A stretch of DNA of 64,000 nucleotides from Turneriella sp. (GTDB taxonomy: Bacteria > Spirochaetota > Leptospiria > Turneriellales > Turneriellaceae). Below, piece by piece: positions 37,793-48,008 of the stretch. The notes beneath the pieces are model-generated. The model had not been told where the DNA came from. It worked only from the letters and a program-made list of their open reading frames with translations, and made no database searches. Numbering within the stretch: the first letter of the stretch is position 1; every line of letters begins with the position of its first letter. The translations under genes were made by a program, and so were the position numbers. The stretch is taken from positions 4,512,001 to 4,576,000 of the forward strand of contig CBDIID010000003.1 of the NCBI GenBank assembly GCA_965279515.1. The letters run 5' to 3'.

Positions 37793-40745
37793 CAGATTTT
37801 TCAATCGTGTATCACCAAAAATAACGCGGGCTTTTCCGGTTTTGCTGTTGTTGAGTTTTACGAACTTCTATTGTTTTTCTTCAGAAAAATCCCTTCCAGG
37901 TGTAGTGGGGCAGGGGCAAATCTCCGGAACAGTTGTCGGTGCGACTGGAACAGCAATTAAAGACGCGGTCATTACGACATCATACCGGGGCCAAACACTT
38001 TCAACGACATCCGATTCTGCGGGTAAATTCAGTTTCAAGATTGCCGAAGTCGAACGCGGCGACGGTTTTACATTAGCCTTTTCGAAAAAAGATTTTGATA
38101 ATACCAATCGTGCCGCTCTCATCACCTTGCCGAATCTGAAAACCGATGTCGGTTCGGTGACCATGAAGATTTCAGGGTCTGAAGATACCGTGACGAGAAC
38201 GATCGTCGGTCAGCTCTATGACAACTTTTCCTATGCGCCGCTGGTTGGCGGTAACGTGACGGTTACAGATGCAGCGGGTCAGGTTATCGTCGTTACAACG
38301 AACCAGGCTGGGAAATTTGTTTTGGAAAGCGCGTATTTTCCCTTGAATGCATCTTATAGTATCAGCGTTTTCAAATCGAACTACATTACACGAACCGACA
38401 TCACGGCGCAGATCAGCGCCGAAGAAAATGCCATGGATAATAGTCCGGCAAGGTTGTACCATAAGTTTGGCTCGGCCTATGCATACATTGCTGACGATAC
38501 ACGAATCGATGCCGGGACTAACAAGCCCTACTCGGTGGATGGAGCCGTCGTCACGGTTACGAACAGCAATAATAAACTTCTGACCTGTATTTCCAGCGTG
38601 GGCAAAAACCCCGGCGGACCTTATGACTCGGGTAGCCCGCTGCCGGTTGGTACGTACTGCCCTGACCTCAGCACGGTGACATCGCCCATGACCACGCTGA
38701 TTCCTTATACCGGGGCACCGGCGCGCACCAACAATTCGGGTGGCGTAAAGTTTCAAAATGATTTCCTTTATATCGGTAACCGTTATACCCTGAATGTATC
38801 TAAAACCAGTGCGAATTGTACCAGCCGAGCGAATACCGCCTCAGGTTGTTACCGTGCAGCGACGAGCTATGTCGATATGGGAGTGACCGGGGATAACGCG
38901 GTCTCTGGCGGAACTGTTCGCCTGATATGGGATTCGTGGTTGTATGGAAATACCCGCGTCCAGGATCCTTATGCGACTTCGACGATGTGCACGGCCGGAA
39001 ACGGGGCGACGAATATAACCAGTTGTCCGGGCGCAGGTTGTAATTGTACGTTATCTGGTATTACCGTTAGGTTACGTCGTTCCACCGACAATGAGAGTGA
39101 TACACCTTTAGCAACCACAACGACCGACACCAATGGCCGATTCATTTTTGACACGCCGCTGATTACCCGTGACAGCAATTATAAAGTATCTTTTGAAAGG
39201 ACGGGAACATATTCGCGTCGCATCGGTTTCAGTAATACTGTGCCACCGCTGGCGCAACAACCCCCCACATTAATATACCAGGCGCCCGTGGATATGTCGG
39301 TGCCGCTCGCACCCAATCCCGGTGGCCCGAGCTATGGCAATGGCGCGAACACGCATGCCGCTGAGCCGTGTACGGGTGGTGCGATTTGTATTACTGCGCT
39401 GCCGGCCCCCACACATTGTGTACGGGGTACTGTTAAGGATTATTGGAGTACATTGCCTGTAGCAGGCGCAACCATTTCAATCTTCGATGGCGGCTGGCGC
39501 ACGGCTACAACGGGGCCACTGCCGGCATCACCGCCGTATCCGGCATTGGCCACAGGCGAATTCATCATCCAGGGGAATTTTGCCAATACTGCAGTGAATG
39601 CGTATGATGTCGAGATTTCTAAAACCGGTTATACGGGATCAACCCTTGTGGCAAAGCAGACCTTCAAATTCTCCCACGATGGTGTAGCTTTATGCCCTGG
39701 TGCACCCTATGATCTGGATACAGCCGGCGCCTGTAATGCGACAGGCGTGGGGCCGGTGGGCGGCGCGAATTGCGTCAATAACCTCGTGCTGTATCCGATC
39801 GGACTCTACGCGGTTATCAATGGCGGGTCAAAGTTCTTCAATTCGCAGGTCAAGCAGACCTATGAAAAGTTCCTGACGGAAAAAAACGGACTGACGATTT
39901 CAGGCCGCACCGGCGATTTGCAGCTCACATCGGGCCCGCAGAAGAACAATGATTATCACGGTATCTACCTGCATTTCGATAATACGCCAATTGTGCTCTC
40001 CAATGTGCCCGAAGGTAAATGGTCGAATAACGTACCTGTAAACCCTTCTGCTACGAAGTGCACGCCCACGGTGACGACGAACTGCTCTCCGCGCGCCAAT
40101 GGTGTTATTACGGAAAGTATCGGTACCGATAACCGTATTACGCCATGGGATATTAAGACATACATTTATTACCATTTCTATGCCGCTGCACCGGGGTCTT
40201 ACACGATAGAAACCACGGGTTCAACCGATACCAAGATGACGCTCATCGCCCAGACAGGCGCCAATCTGGGCTCAGATGACGATAGCGGATCGGGATCGAA
40301 TGCGCGTATCACCCAGAACCTGCTGCGTGGTTGGTACTACATCAAGGTGATGGGCAAAAACGATAATGTTTTCGGCTTTTTTGATGTCAGCGTCACCGGG
40401 CCTCCGCAAGCCGAAACAAATTATTCGACGATGTTTTCAACACCTGTCGAGACGTACCAGACAGTTGCAGGGTCGGCGGTATATTCAACGAATTGCGCTC
40501 CCAACAACGGCAACCTCGTTGTTTCCTGGTATGATGCAGTGGGTCACTTATTATACATCGCCGCGCCTGGTGAAAATGGCGGATGTTTCGCGAATGCAAC
40601 GATTGAAAAGCATGGTCCGATCGGCGATATTATCCGTGGCAGGTTTGACGGCAATTTAAGGCCGATCGCGCCTTCTGGCGCAAATGCGACCATTTCAAAC
40701 ACGCTGCCGTTTCGGGGCTTTTACAATATCATACGCCAGGAATAG
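37782..40745 (+). CDS. Large lipoprotein with several carboxypeptidase-regulatory-like (transthyretin-like) modules and a C-terminal PPC-like domain
   Basis: Lipobox TNFYC; repeated ISGTV..G..I..A.I....TT.D..G.F pattern; YTIETTGSTDT..TL....DDDSGSGSNARI..L..G.YYI.V. Confidence 0.8.
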   Translation: MVSNRFFNRVSPKITRAFPVLLLLSFTNFYCFSSEKSLPGVVGQGQISGTVVGATGTAIKDAVITTSYRGQTLSTTSDSAGKFSFKIAEVERGDGFTLAFSKKDFDNTNRAALITLPNLKTDVGSVTMKISGSEDTVTRTIVGQLYDNFSYAPLVGGNVTVTDAAGQVIVVTTNQAGKFVLESAYFPLNASYSISVFKSNYITRTDITAQISAEENAMDNSPARLYHKFGSAYAYIADDTRIDAGTNKPYSVDGAVVTVTNSNNKLLTCISSVGKNPGGPYDSGSPLPVGTYCPDLSTVTSPMTTLIPYTGAPARTNNSGGVKFQNDFLYIGNRYTLNVSKTSANCTSRANTASGCYRAATSYVDMGVTGDNAVSGGTVRLIWDSWLYGNTRVQDPYATSTMCTAGNGATNITSCPGAGCNCTLSGITVRLRRSTDNESDTPLATTTTDTNGRFIFDTPLITRDSNYKVSFERTGTYSRRIGFSNTVPPLAQQPPTLIYQAPVDMSVPLAPNPGGPSYGNGANTHAAEPCTGGAICITALPAPTHCVRGTVKDYWSTLPVAGATISIFDGGWRTATTGPLPASPPYPALATGEFIIQGNFANTAVNAYDVEISKTGYTGSTLVAKQTFKFSHDGVALCPGAPYDLDTAGACNATGVGPVGGANCVNNLVLYPIGLYAVINGGSKFFNSQVKQTYEKFLTEKNGLTISGRTGDLQLTSGPQKNNDYHGIYLHFDNTPIVLSNVPEGKWSNNVPVNPSATKCTPTVTTNCSPRANGVITESIGTDNRITPWDIKTYIYYHFYAAAPGSYTIETTGSTDTKMTLIAQTGANLGSDDDSGSGSNARITQNLLRGWYYIKVMGKNDNVFGFFDVSVTGPPQAETNYSTMFSTPVETYQTVAGSAVYSTNCAPNNGNLVVSWYDAVGHLLYIAAPGENGGCFANATIEKHGPIGDIIRGRFDGNLRPIAPSGANATISNTLPFRGFYNIIRQE

Positions 40746-40746
40746 C

Positions 40747-41457
40747 ATGAAAGTTATCGCCGTCGGTCTGATTTGCCTGACTTCAATCTGGTCGCTCGAA
40801 GAGGGCGAATTGAAGTTTTCTATCGGCGGAAAACAATATGCGACCACGAACGCGCAGGGCCTTGTTCAGGTCAAAAAAGGGAAAGCGCGGATTTACATTG
40901 CCGTCAAGGACATTGAATCGCGCTTTATGCTGGTATTGACTGCGGACGTTCCCCAAGGGCAGGAAACACAGCAGCTGAACCTCAATACATCGGATTCAGA
41001 GCTGACAGCATCATTGCGCACGCGCAATGGAACTTTTGCAGTTATGCCGCAGGTGCAGCTCGCCAAGATCGATCCACAAATCAGCTATGTTGAGAGTAGT
41101 CACGTGGAAACAGGAGAGCTGGAAGATGATCCGGAAGATAAGGCCGACAAACATTCCGGTAAGCACACCATTAAGAAACGCAAAAAAATGCGCAGCGAGT
41201 ACAAACGGGTTAAACCGCGCTGGCACACGATGACCCATAAAGAACGGGTCAAATCGGGAGAAGGGGTTATTGAAAATAATTCATTTCGAGAGACCCACTT
41301 TGCTCTCCAATTAACTCCTGTTTTGTCGCAAGGTAAGGTCGTTTCATATACGGGAACCTTTGCGGGTTCAGGTAGATTTTCCAATACGGTTTCGGGCAGT
41401 GAAGTGCGGCCGATAAAGAACGGAGTTTTCCGCGTCAGGGTGGATAATGTTCAATAA
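40747..41457 (+). CDS. Exported hypothetical protein
   Basis: ATG 2 nt after the upstream stop; signal MKVIAVGLICLTSIWS; beta-rich with a charged insert. Confidence 0.75.
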   Translation: MKVIAVGLICLTSIWSLEEGELKFSIGGKQYATTNAQGLVQVKKGKARIYIAVKDIESRFMLVLTADVPQGQETQQLNLNTSDSELTASLRTRNGTFAVMPQVQLAKIDPQISYVESSHVETGELEDDPEDKADKHSGKHTIKKRKKMRSEYKRVKPRWHTMTHKERVKSGEGVIENNSFRETHFALQLTPVLSQGKVVSYTGTFAGSGRFSNTVSGSEVRPIKNGVFRVRVDNVQ

Positions 41458-42865
41458 GACAAGGAATGCTCTTGTTATTGCTGTAGTTTTTGCAGTTTGC
41501 AATTCAGCGCTTTCTGCCTTTACAACGAACGTGCACCAGAATATGCCGGAGGAAGGTCTCCTCTACATGGAGTTCCAGGGAAGCAACCAGATGCGCTGGG
41601 CCGCGGATTATATGAAAGCCAAGGCCGGCGGCAGGTATTCTGGAACCTGCGTGAACATTAATTATACGCCTGAAGAGATGCACTATGGTAATAACACCCA
41701 ATGCGGGGCCCACGGTATTGAACGTGTCGGCGGCGTGAAGCCGGATTATTTCTGGGATGCCTTCTGGGACGATCTTTTATTTTTTAACTGGCATGTAACG
41801 GATTTTGGAATTTACTCCAATAATTTCAGCTCATGGTTCCATTTCGTCAATCTCCTGAAAACGAATGACGATGGCAACAAGCTCATCACCAATAATTATA
41901 ATGCATTTGATGGTTATGGTTATAACCAGACTTATGGTTTTCCGAATATAGGTATCGATTACCTGCTGGCAGTTTTTATGAACAATGCCCAGATGAGCGT
42001 AAATTTACCCAACTGCACGGATAGTACTTGCATGTCATGGCAGGGAGTATCCAATGTGTACAAGGCAAACCCCGCCACGGATTACCGGCAGAATGGTTCT
42101 ACGACGCCGGTCTCAAACGGTAGTGGCTCGAAGGCAACCGAGCAGCAGAACGGAACTAACTACAACTGTTTCAGCGACCTGACACTGCTCGGAAATTGCC
42201 CCGACAAAGGATCGGACTACGACGGGACGACGCAGTATGCGAATACCGTGCCTGGCGGTGGTGGGATCTTCTCGGGAGATGAGGACTGGGTAATTTACGA
42301 GCCAGCAACGAATGCATCCACGTTTTATTATAATCAAATGTGGCTTGAAGGGCTTGGCGCGAAAAACAGTTCACTCGAAACCGGCTTTATTGCAGGCCGT
42401 TATTATTCCCTAAGCGGCGCGGAATTGCTGTATTTTACCGTCGTGCAGCACTGGGCCGGCGATATGACGCAGCAAGCGCACATCTGGTCGACAATCGGCT
42501 ATAATCATGGCGACTATGAGAGTTACGCCGACGAAAAGTACGGCGCGCGGCAAATTGGCGGCACCGATGCCGATAAAAATTATGAAGACTATGTAGAGAG
42601 TCAGGCCTATGCCAATTCTTGGCAGAACCGCTATAATTTACCCGCAGGCAATATTGACCGCGTATTGATGGAGCAAGTGTTCCGTACTTATCACATACGC
42701 CTGCGCGCTGGTTATGATTTTATGACCACGTCGAATAAATCCGTGTGGACGACGGCCGCCATCTGGGCGGTGCGGAACTCCACAGCAGAGATGGCAATCA
42801 TTAGCGAAAAGGCAATCATGGATGTCAGGAAATGCCGGAACAGCGGTGCTTGTAACAATCTCTGA
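41447..42865 (+). CDS. Secreted Zn-dependent phospholipase C / P1-nuclease superfamily enzyme
   Basis: Signal ALSA|F then FTTNVH; KPD; WFHF; HWAGDMTQQAH (compare nuclease P1 HFIGDMTQPLH); NHGDYE. Confidence 0.7.
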   Translation: MFNKTRNALVIAVVFAVCNSALSAFTTNVHQNMPEEGLLYMEFQGSNQMRWAADYMKAKAGGRYSGTCVNINYTPEEMHYGNNTQCGAHGIERVGGVKPDYFWDAFWDDLLFFNWHVTDFGIYSNNFSSWFHFVNLLKTNDDGNKLITNNYNAFDGYGYNQTYGFPNIGIDYLLAVFMNNAQMSVNLPNCTDSTCMSWQGVSNVYKANPATDYRQNGSTTPVSNGSGSKATEQQNGTNYNCFSDLTLLGNCPDKGSDYDGTTQYANTVPGGGGIFSGDEDWVIYEPATNASTFYYNQMWLEGLGAKNSSLETGFIAGRYYSLSGAELLYFTVVQHWAGDMTQQAHIWSTIGYNHGDYESYADEKYGARQIGGTDADKNYEDYVESQAYANSWQNRYNLPAGNIDRVLMEQVFRTYHIRLRAGYDFMTTSNKSVWTTAAIWAVRNSTAEMAIISEKAIMDVRKCRNSGACNNL

Positions 42866-43330
42866 TTATCGTTGGCGTAAAAATTCCAGAAAACCCGTCA
42901 TCGAATCGCTGAGAATTGCAAAAACTTCTTCAAACGCCTCACCGCCTTGTCCCCAGGGATCGGGCACTGAAAGTCCCTTTTTGCCCGGCGCAAAATCACG
43001 CATCAGATGGAGCTTGTTTTCAGGGAAATGGAATTCATAGAGCAATGAGCGTCGGTTGGCTGTATCCATAGCAATGATGTAATCAAAAATCTCTGCGTCT
43101 TTGGCATGAACCGGCCGGCTACGCTGCCGCTCTATTGAGACGCCGTATTTCTTTGCGACCTCAATGGAACCGCGATGCGGCTGTTCGCCCTCATGCCAGG
43201 CCGAAGTACCCGCCGAGTCGGCATCGAAACCCGCAGCCAACCCGGCCTGTTCTATTTGTTTCTCGAAGATTCCCTGGGCTAGGGGCGAGCGGCAGATATT
43301 GCCGAGGCAGACGAAAAGTACGCTCTGCAT
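42866..43330 (-). CDS. Low-molecular-weight protein-tyrosine phosphatase
   Basis: VLFVCLGNICRSP, DSAGT, DYIIAMD, VPDPW. Confidence 0.96.
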   Translation of the reverse strand: MQSVLFVCLGNICRSPLAQGIFEKQIEQAGLAAGFDADSAGTSAWHEGEQPHRGSIEVAKKYGVSIERQRSRPVHAKDAEIFDYIIAMDTANRRSLLYEFHFPENKLHLMRDFAPGKKGLSVPDPWGQGGEAFEEVFAILSDSMTGFLEFLRQR

Positions 43331-43767
43331 CAGATGCCGGCGTAAGATGCCAGAATCGTAAAACCTGCGATTACTATTTCATGCGGATTTTCTGTAACCT
43401 CTTCATCTGGCATAGCCCAGAGTTCGTAGAAATAGCGGCAGATGTGGGCTCCTTCAGCGGGTATGTAGCCGTACTTGCCCGATGCATCGGCATATATTGG
43501 AATCTGGCTTTTGAGCAAGATAGGTGAAATTTCCAGTTTTTTGCCATCATACTCTGCCGTCTGTTTTAGAAGCGGCACCGCAGTCTGCGGCAAGGGAAAG
43601 ATTCCCAGGGTGTCCAGCTTCATCTCCCTCGTATTCAGGCGCTGAATACGCCCGTCGAATTCTGCCCTAAGGGCAGGGATATCGCTAAGCAGGTAGGCAC
43701 CACCCGCGGCGGTAAAAATACCTTCCCGAATCTTCTGGAGTCCTGTGATCGTAATGACCGCCTGCAT
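43330..43767 (-). CDS. Hypothetical protein
   Basis: 145-aa ORF whose stop overlaps the PTP start. Confidence 0.6.
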   Translation of the reverse strand: MQAVITITGLQKIREGIFTAAGGAYLLSDIPALRAEFDGRIQRLNTREMKLDTLGIFPLPQTAVPLLKQTAEYDGKKLEISPILLKSQIPIYADASGKYGYIPAEGAHICRYFYELWAMPDEEVTENPHEIVIAGFTILASYAGI

Positions 43768-43842
43768 TGCAGTGAGGCCGCACCGCTTTGACGCGCCGTA
43801 AACATTTTTACAAGGTGGGCATTTATCCCAGAAGGGTCTGGT

Positions 43843-44274
43843 ATGAGTTCGTCCGCTGAATTAGAAGAATCGCTGCTGCTAAAGCTGGATTTTGAAAAAT
43901 TAAGCCACATTGGCCGCACCGGGCAATCCCTGCTACCCGTTGCAGTGCAAGACGCGCATTCGCTTGAAATGCTTCTGATTGCATACGTGAACGAAGAAGC
44001 GCTGAGGCTCTCCATTGCCGAGAAGCGCGCAATTTTCTTTTCGACTTCACGTAATGAAATCTGGCGCAAAGGAGCAACCAGCGGGGATGTCTTGCAGCTG
44101 GAAGAGATCAGGGTTAATTGTGAGCAAAATAGCCTGCTTTTTTTGGTAACACGAAAAACAGGTGCATCTTGCCACACACGCGATGAAAAAGGCCAGGCTC
44201 GTGGCAGTTGTTATTACCGGCGGATTGAGGGAATTGAAAAACTTGCATTCCTTAACCGTGACTCAGTCAGCTAA
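43843..44274 (+). CDS. hisI: Phosphoribosyl-AMP cyclohydrolase
   Basis: LLPVAVQD, FFSTSRNEIWRKGATSG, VNCEQNSLL, GASCHT, SCYYR. Confidence 0.93.
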   Translation: MSSSAELEESLLLKLDFEKLSHIGRTGQSLLPVAVQDAHSLEMLLIAYVNEEALRLSIAEKRAIFFSTSRNEIWRKGATSGDVLQLEEIRVNCEQNSLLFLVTRKTGASCHTRDEKGQARGSCYYRRIEGIEKLAFLNRDSVS

Positions 44275-45939
44275 ATGCGCTTACCCGCGATACGTAATCG
44301 GAGCCGCTATTCGCCGCTGATTGTCTTACTGGCTGTCTACTCACTGCTACTGATTTTTTTTCCACTGAAAATGCAGGCGATTGAATCTTACAACTATGCG
44401 GCTGGTGCAGAAGGTATTTATAGTCTGGCGTCAACTTTTCAATCGTCGCAGCCTGATATTAAGTTACCCGATTTTTCCCGCTACCACCCGAATCACCCGA
44501 TTCTGCACGCGCTCGCAGGATTTATTTTCGATCGGACAAAAATACCGACCCTGACGATTTTCAAAGCCGTCAATTTTCTAAGCTCCTTAGTTGCACTGGC
44601 AATTTTTTACCTGCTTTGCCTGAAGCTATGGGAACGGCGCGGTAGGGTCGGAAAAGCAGCCCTGGTGGCCGCGACGGCGGCAACCTCTGTTATGGCCGCG
44701 TCGCATGCTTTCTGGATGGCAGCTTTGTCGGGTGAGGTGCACTTGGCGGCGCTGGCCTGTTTTCTGGGCGCAGTTTATTTCCTGGTCTGCTACCTGTCCG
44801 TGGGGGAGAAACACGGAGACAAATATCTGATATGGGCCGCGGTCTGTGCGGCTGTAGCGCTGGCGCTGCACCTGGTGGTTGCGTTCGTGCTTCCCATGGC
44901 AATCGCAGTTCTTTGGGAACAGCGGTGGCGGAAACAATGGAAGCTCTATCTCGTCGCTGGACTGATTATTGCTCTGGTGGCCGGTTTGATTTATGGCGTT
45001 TTGTTGATCTATGTTCTGGGGATTGATTCCTTCAGGCAATATTATGGTACGATTTTTGTCTATAAATTCCTGCGTCATGTGCGCTATGAGGGGCTGGAAT
45101 GGTACTGGATATTTATTAAATCGTGGGCTCACGTCATCATTTATGGTTTTTCCTCCTGGGGAGCCATTCTCCAGGTTCTTTTCGCCGGCCTGTACCTTGC
45201 CGGATTCGCGGCCATATTAAAATCTACTCTGATGAAGCCGATCAAGATGCTACTGGTACTCTGGCCCGCATGCTACTTGGGCATGCATCTGTTGTTCAAT
45301 ACCCGGGCCGACGGTATTAATTACTGGCATTTTGCCCTCCCCGGTACGTTTATTGCAGTGGGTTATGCATTTCACGCTCTGCACAGGCGCGGCTTGCTTC
45401 GGCTGCTGATCTATGCGACTCCCGCGGCGGTTTTTGCCGCAAATTTTTCAGGCGCAGTTTTTCCCAACACAAGCTTGAAAGAGAAGGATTATTTATATAT
45501 TCAGGACCCGGCCCGGATGCTGAAGGAGTCGGGAAGGGCAATTCAGGTACTTCCAGATCACAAAGTTGCCGTCCTTACCAAAGACCCTGTGTTGACATTT
45601 CCGGAAATTTACCGACTGGCTTCGGAATTTGGATTCAGGAACCAGGAACTTTTCATATTTTGTTGCGGCAAGACCGGTTATGTTGAGCCGCTGAGAAACT
45701 GGATCGCCACCCATAATTCTTTTTTTCTCGTTGTCGATGAGCATACGGCCGAGATCGGGCAAATGCTCACGGATGCGCACAAAAAATTCATCGTACTTCA
45801 GGAGGTTTCGGGGGAAATCCAGCATAACTGGCTGGCGGCCTCAATTTATTTCCAGCGCCCCGCGGATTATCGCATCTTTAAGAATATCCGGATTTTTCTT
45901 ATTGACCCGGGTTTAACGGAGAAAGCAATTCCTAGGTAA
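44275..45939 (+). CDS. Polytopic membrane protein, GT-C fold glycosyltransferase-like (ArnT/PMT/DUF2723-like)
   Basis: About 11 TM helices; first loop with ES..Y and HPNHP; FW..A..GEVH; soluble C-terminal domain. Confidence 0.65.
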   Translation: MRLPAIRNRSRYSPLIVLLAVYSLLLIFFPLKMQAIESYNYAAGAEGIYSLASTFQSSQPDIKLPDFSRYHPNHPILHALAGFIFDRTKIPTLTIFKAVNFLSSLVALAIFYLLCLKLWERRGRVGKAALVAATAATSVMAASHAFWMAALSGEVHLAALACFLGAVYFLVCYLSVGEKHGDKYLIWAAVCAAVALALHLVVAFVLPMAIAVLWEQRWRKQWKLYLVAGLIIALVAGLIYGVLLIYVLGIDSFRQYYGTIFVYKFLRHVRYEGLEWYWIFIKSWAHVIIYGFSSWGAILQVLFAGLYLAGFAAILKSTLMKPIKMLLVLWPACYLGMHLLFNTRADGINYWHFALPGTFIAVGYAFHALHRRGLLRLLIYATPAAVFAANFSGAVFPNTSLKEKDYLYIQDPARMLKESGRAIQVLPDHKVAVLTKDPVLTFPEIYRLASEFGFRNQELFIFCCGKTGYVEPLRNWIATHNSFFLVVDEHTAEIGQMLTDAHKKFIVLQEVSGEIQHNWLAASIYFQRPADYRIFKNIRIFLIDPGLTEKAIPR

Positions 45940-45946
45940 AGATGTT

Positions 45947-46717
45947 ATGATGACGCGCATACTCCCCCTTTTTCTTCTGTTTTCGACCGCTGTCTGGAGC
46001 GGTAAATATTCCCGGCAGATTGAGAAGGCCATTGCCTACCTGAATGCCCAGCAGGGCGATCTAAAGTTTGATACCTTAATTGGCCTCGAACTACTACAAA
46101 GGAATTTTGGCATTACTTTGAACGTGGCCAAGGCCAAGGCACGCCTTTTAAAAAAATCACCAGGAAAATACCGGCCATTCTTACGGATTTTTGATCCGGG
46201 GGTGAAGCTCAGTCATCTGGAGGTAAGCGCATTGCGCGGATGGACTGGAATAGTTGCAAAAGTTACGCATTGCGATATATATCCGCTACCCTGGGATTTC
46301 TTTCCAGCAATGAAGAAGCTTTCATCGGCTCACGAGAGCAACGTTTTGAATGAGCTTTTGGTTCTGACACTCATCGATTGGATGCGCTGCAATGTAGATA
46401 AGCAGGCGCTGGAAGCAGAAAGACAGATATTGGCGGAGAAGGCCCGTGGCCTGTTGGCTAAGGGCAGAGTGGGTTCTTTCCTTTGGGCAAATTCTGTGCT
46501 TGGTTTGTTTCAGGCGGGGAGATCTGATTGGGTTCGCCGGGAAGAGCTTGATAAGCTAGCCAGTCTTCAGTTACCGGACGGCTCTTGGAATAAGGACGAC
46601 TTGTATACTTCGAAAGCATTAGCTATTTTATTATGGGCAGAGGAATTGTCAAATCCAGTTAAAAAAGGGCAGCGTCCTGCGCGACCCCTGATAGATATCT
46701 ATCCGTCAATGAGTTAG
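45947..46717 (+). CDS. Exported hypothetical protein with prenyltransferase/terpene-cyclase-type QW motif
   Basis: Signal peptide; IEKAIAYLNAQQ and LASLQLPDGSW..DLYTSKAL. Confidence 0.55.
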   Translation: MMTRILPLFLLFSTAVWSGKYSRQIEKAIAYLNAQQGDLKFDTLIGLELLQRNFGITLNVAKAKARLLKKSPGKYRPFLRIFDPGVKLSHLEVSALRGWTGIVAKVTHCDIYPLPWDFFPAMKKLSSAHESNVLNELLVLTLIDWMRCNVDKQALEAERQILAEKARGLLAKGRVGSFLWANSVLGLFQAGRSDWVRREELDKLASLQLPDGSWNKDDLYTSKALAILLWAEELSNPVKKGQRPARPLIDIYPSMS

Positions 46718-46742
46718 GTAGTGCACTAGTCCTAACACCAAA

Positions 46743-48008
46743 TCAGGATATTCCTTTCTTAAAAAAATTCATGAATAAAATCGCTCCAACAGTATTCATA
46801 TACACTGACGCGACCAACAGAATCCATGCGAAGCGAGTCAGTTTCTGTGTCAGAATGAGCAGAATTAATATGAGGAATAGTTGAAAATCCAGGGTATATC
46901 GCGCGGAAAATTGCATATAGCCGTGTCCGGATAAAAGGAATAGGAAAGCCGCGGTAGCGCTGGCTGCGACAAGACAACCAAATGCAACATTGGATATGTT
47001 GCCCGGTCTTGCATTACTCAAGTATTGTTTGTATAAGTTCACTATGCCTGGAAACAGAAGCAAATACGCCGGCGTCGCCCAAAGAATGCCGAAACCGTGG
47101 GCATCGAGGTTGATAAATGGGAAGATTCTGACAAAGTCGGGTGGTTTTAATATCTCGTGGAAAAAGTTCGGCAAGATATTTTGAAAGGAAAACTTACCGA
47201 CTTCGGCGGCACGTTGAGCAAAACCGGACATGGTTTCCAGTTTCATAAATGATAATCCCATCTCCAGAGCATTGCCGAACCGCAGATAGTTGTAAGCCAG
47301 CATCAATATTCCACCTATCAACAAAGGCGTGAGGAAATAGCCAAAGCGCCGGAAGAGTTTTCCATTTGAGTCCTCCCGGATTCTGATTGCCGTCGCGAAG
47401 AAAAAGAAGCCGAAAATGAGATCGTAACGCGTGAAACAGGCGAGGGCGAAAAGAAAACCCGATGCGGGTAAGGTTGCCGGGCGGGTACCGAAAATCAGCC
47501 AGACTGCTGCGAGCAAAAAAGTTTGAGCCATAGTCTGGGAAATATGCCATATATCGCCGTGCATAGACATATAGAAATGTACCGTTCCCAGACCCCAAAG
47601 TAACGCATAGAACCAGATATCAGTTTCCCGGATCAGCTCGCCCGGTTGCAATTTTCGGCGAATGCGCAAGAATACGAGGATAAATAAGAGGATATTAACA
47701 GTGCCAACAATTGCTGCGATAAGAGAATCGGGAGTTGATCTTTCCCAGAATAATACCGGAATAATAAAAGTCAATGCCGGCACAGGACCGTAATAAAAAT
47801 AGTTTTTCCCGTTAACAGATAACATATCATGGCATCCGGTTCCCTCAGGGCAGGGGATGTCCAGTTTCCCCACGCTAAGCGAAAGTGCCAATTCCTTGTA
47901 GTAGTTGAATTTATTCGGTTTGGTACGGATCTGCCCGGACAAAAAGAACCCGGTATAAAACCCCAGGCAAAGAACCGGGATTACAATGAATTTCAATACC
48001 TTTCTCAT
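46743..48008 (-). CDS. Polytopic membrane protein, GT-C-like
   Basis: About 10 TM helices; D....NGKNYFYYGPVP loop, LACFTR, YNYLRFGNALE.G, RYTLDF; downstream of a GT2. Confidence 0.65.
   Translation of the reverse strand: MRKVLKFIVIPVLCLGFYTGFFLSGQIRTKPNKFNYYKELALSLSVGKLDIPCPEGTGCHDMLSVNGKNYFYYGPVPALTFIIPVLFWERSTPDSLIAAIVGTVNILLFILVFLRIRRKLQPGELIRETDIWFYALLWGLGTVHFYMSMHGDIWHISQTMAQTFLLAAVWLIFGTRPATLPASGFLFALACFTRYDLIFGFFFFATAIRIREDSNGKLFRRFGYFLTPLLIGGILMLAYNYLRFGNALEMGLSFMKLETMSGFAQRAAEVGKFSFQNILPNFFHEILKPPDFVRIFPFINLDAHGFGILWATPAYLLLFPGIVNLYKQYLSNARPGNISNVAFGCLVAASATAAFLFLLSGHGYMQFSARYTLDFQLFLILILLILTQKLTRFAWILLVASVYMNTVGAILFMNFFKKGIS

Noticed and set aside
4895..44274. Dispersed hisF, hisG and hisI genes as a novel arrangement
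   Set aside because: Scattered his genes and short-form HisG are common outside enterobacteria.
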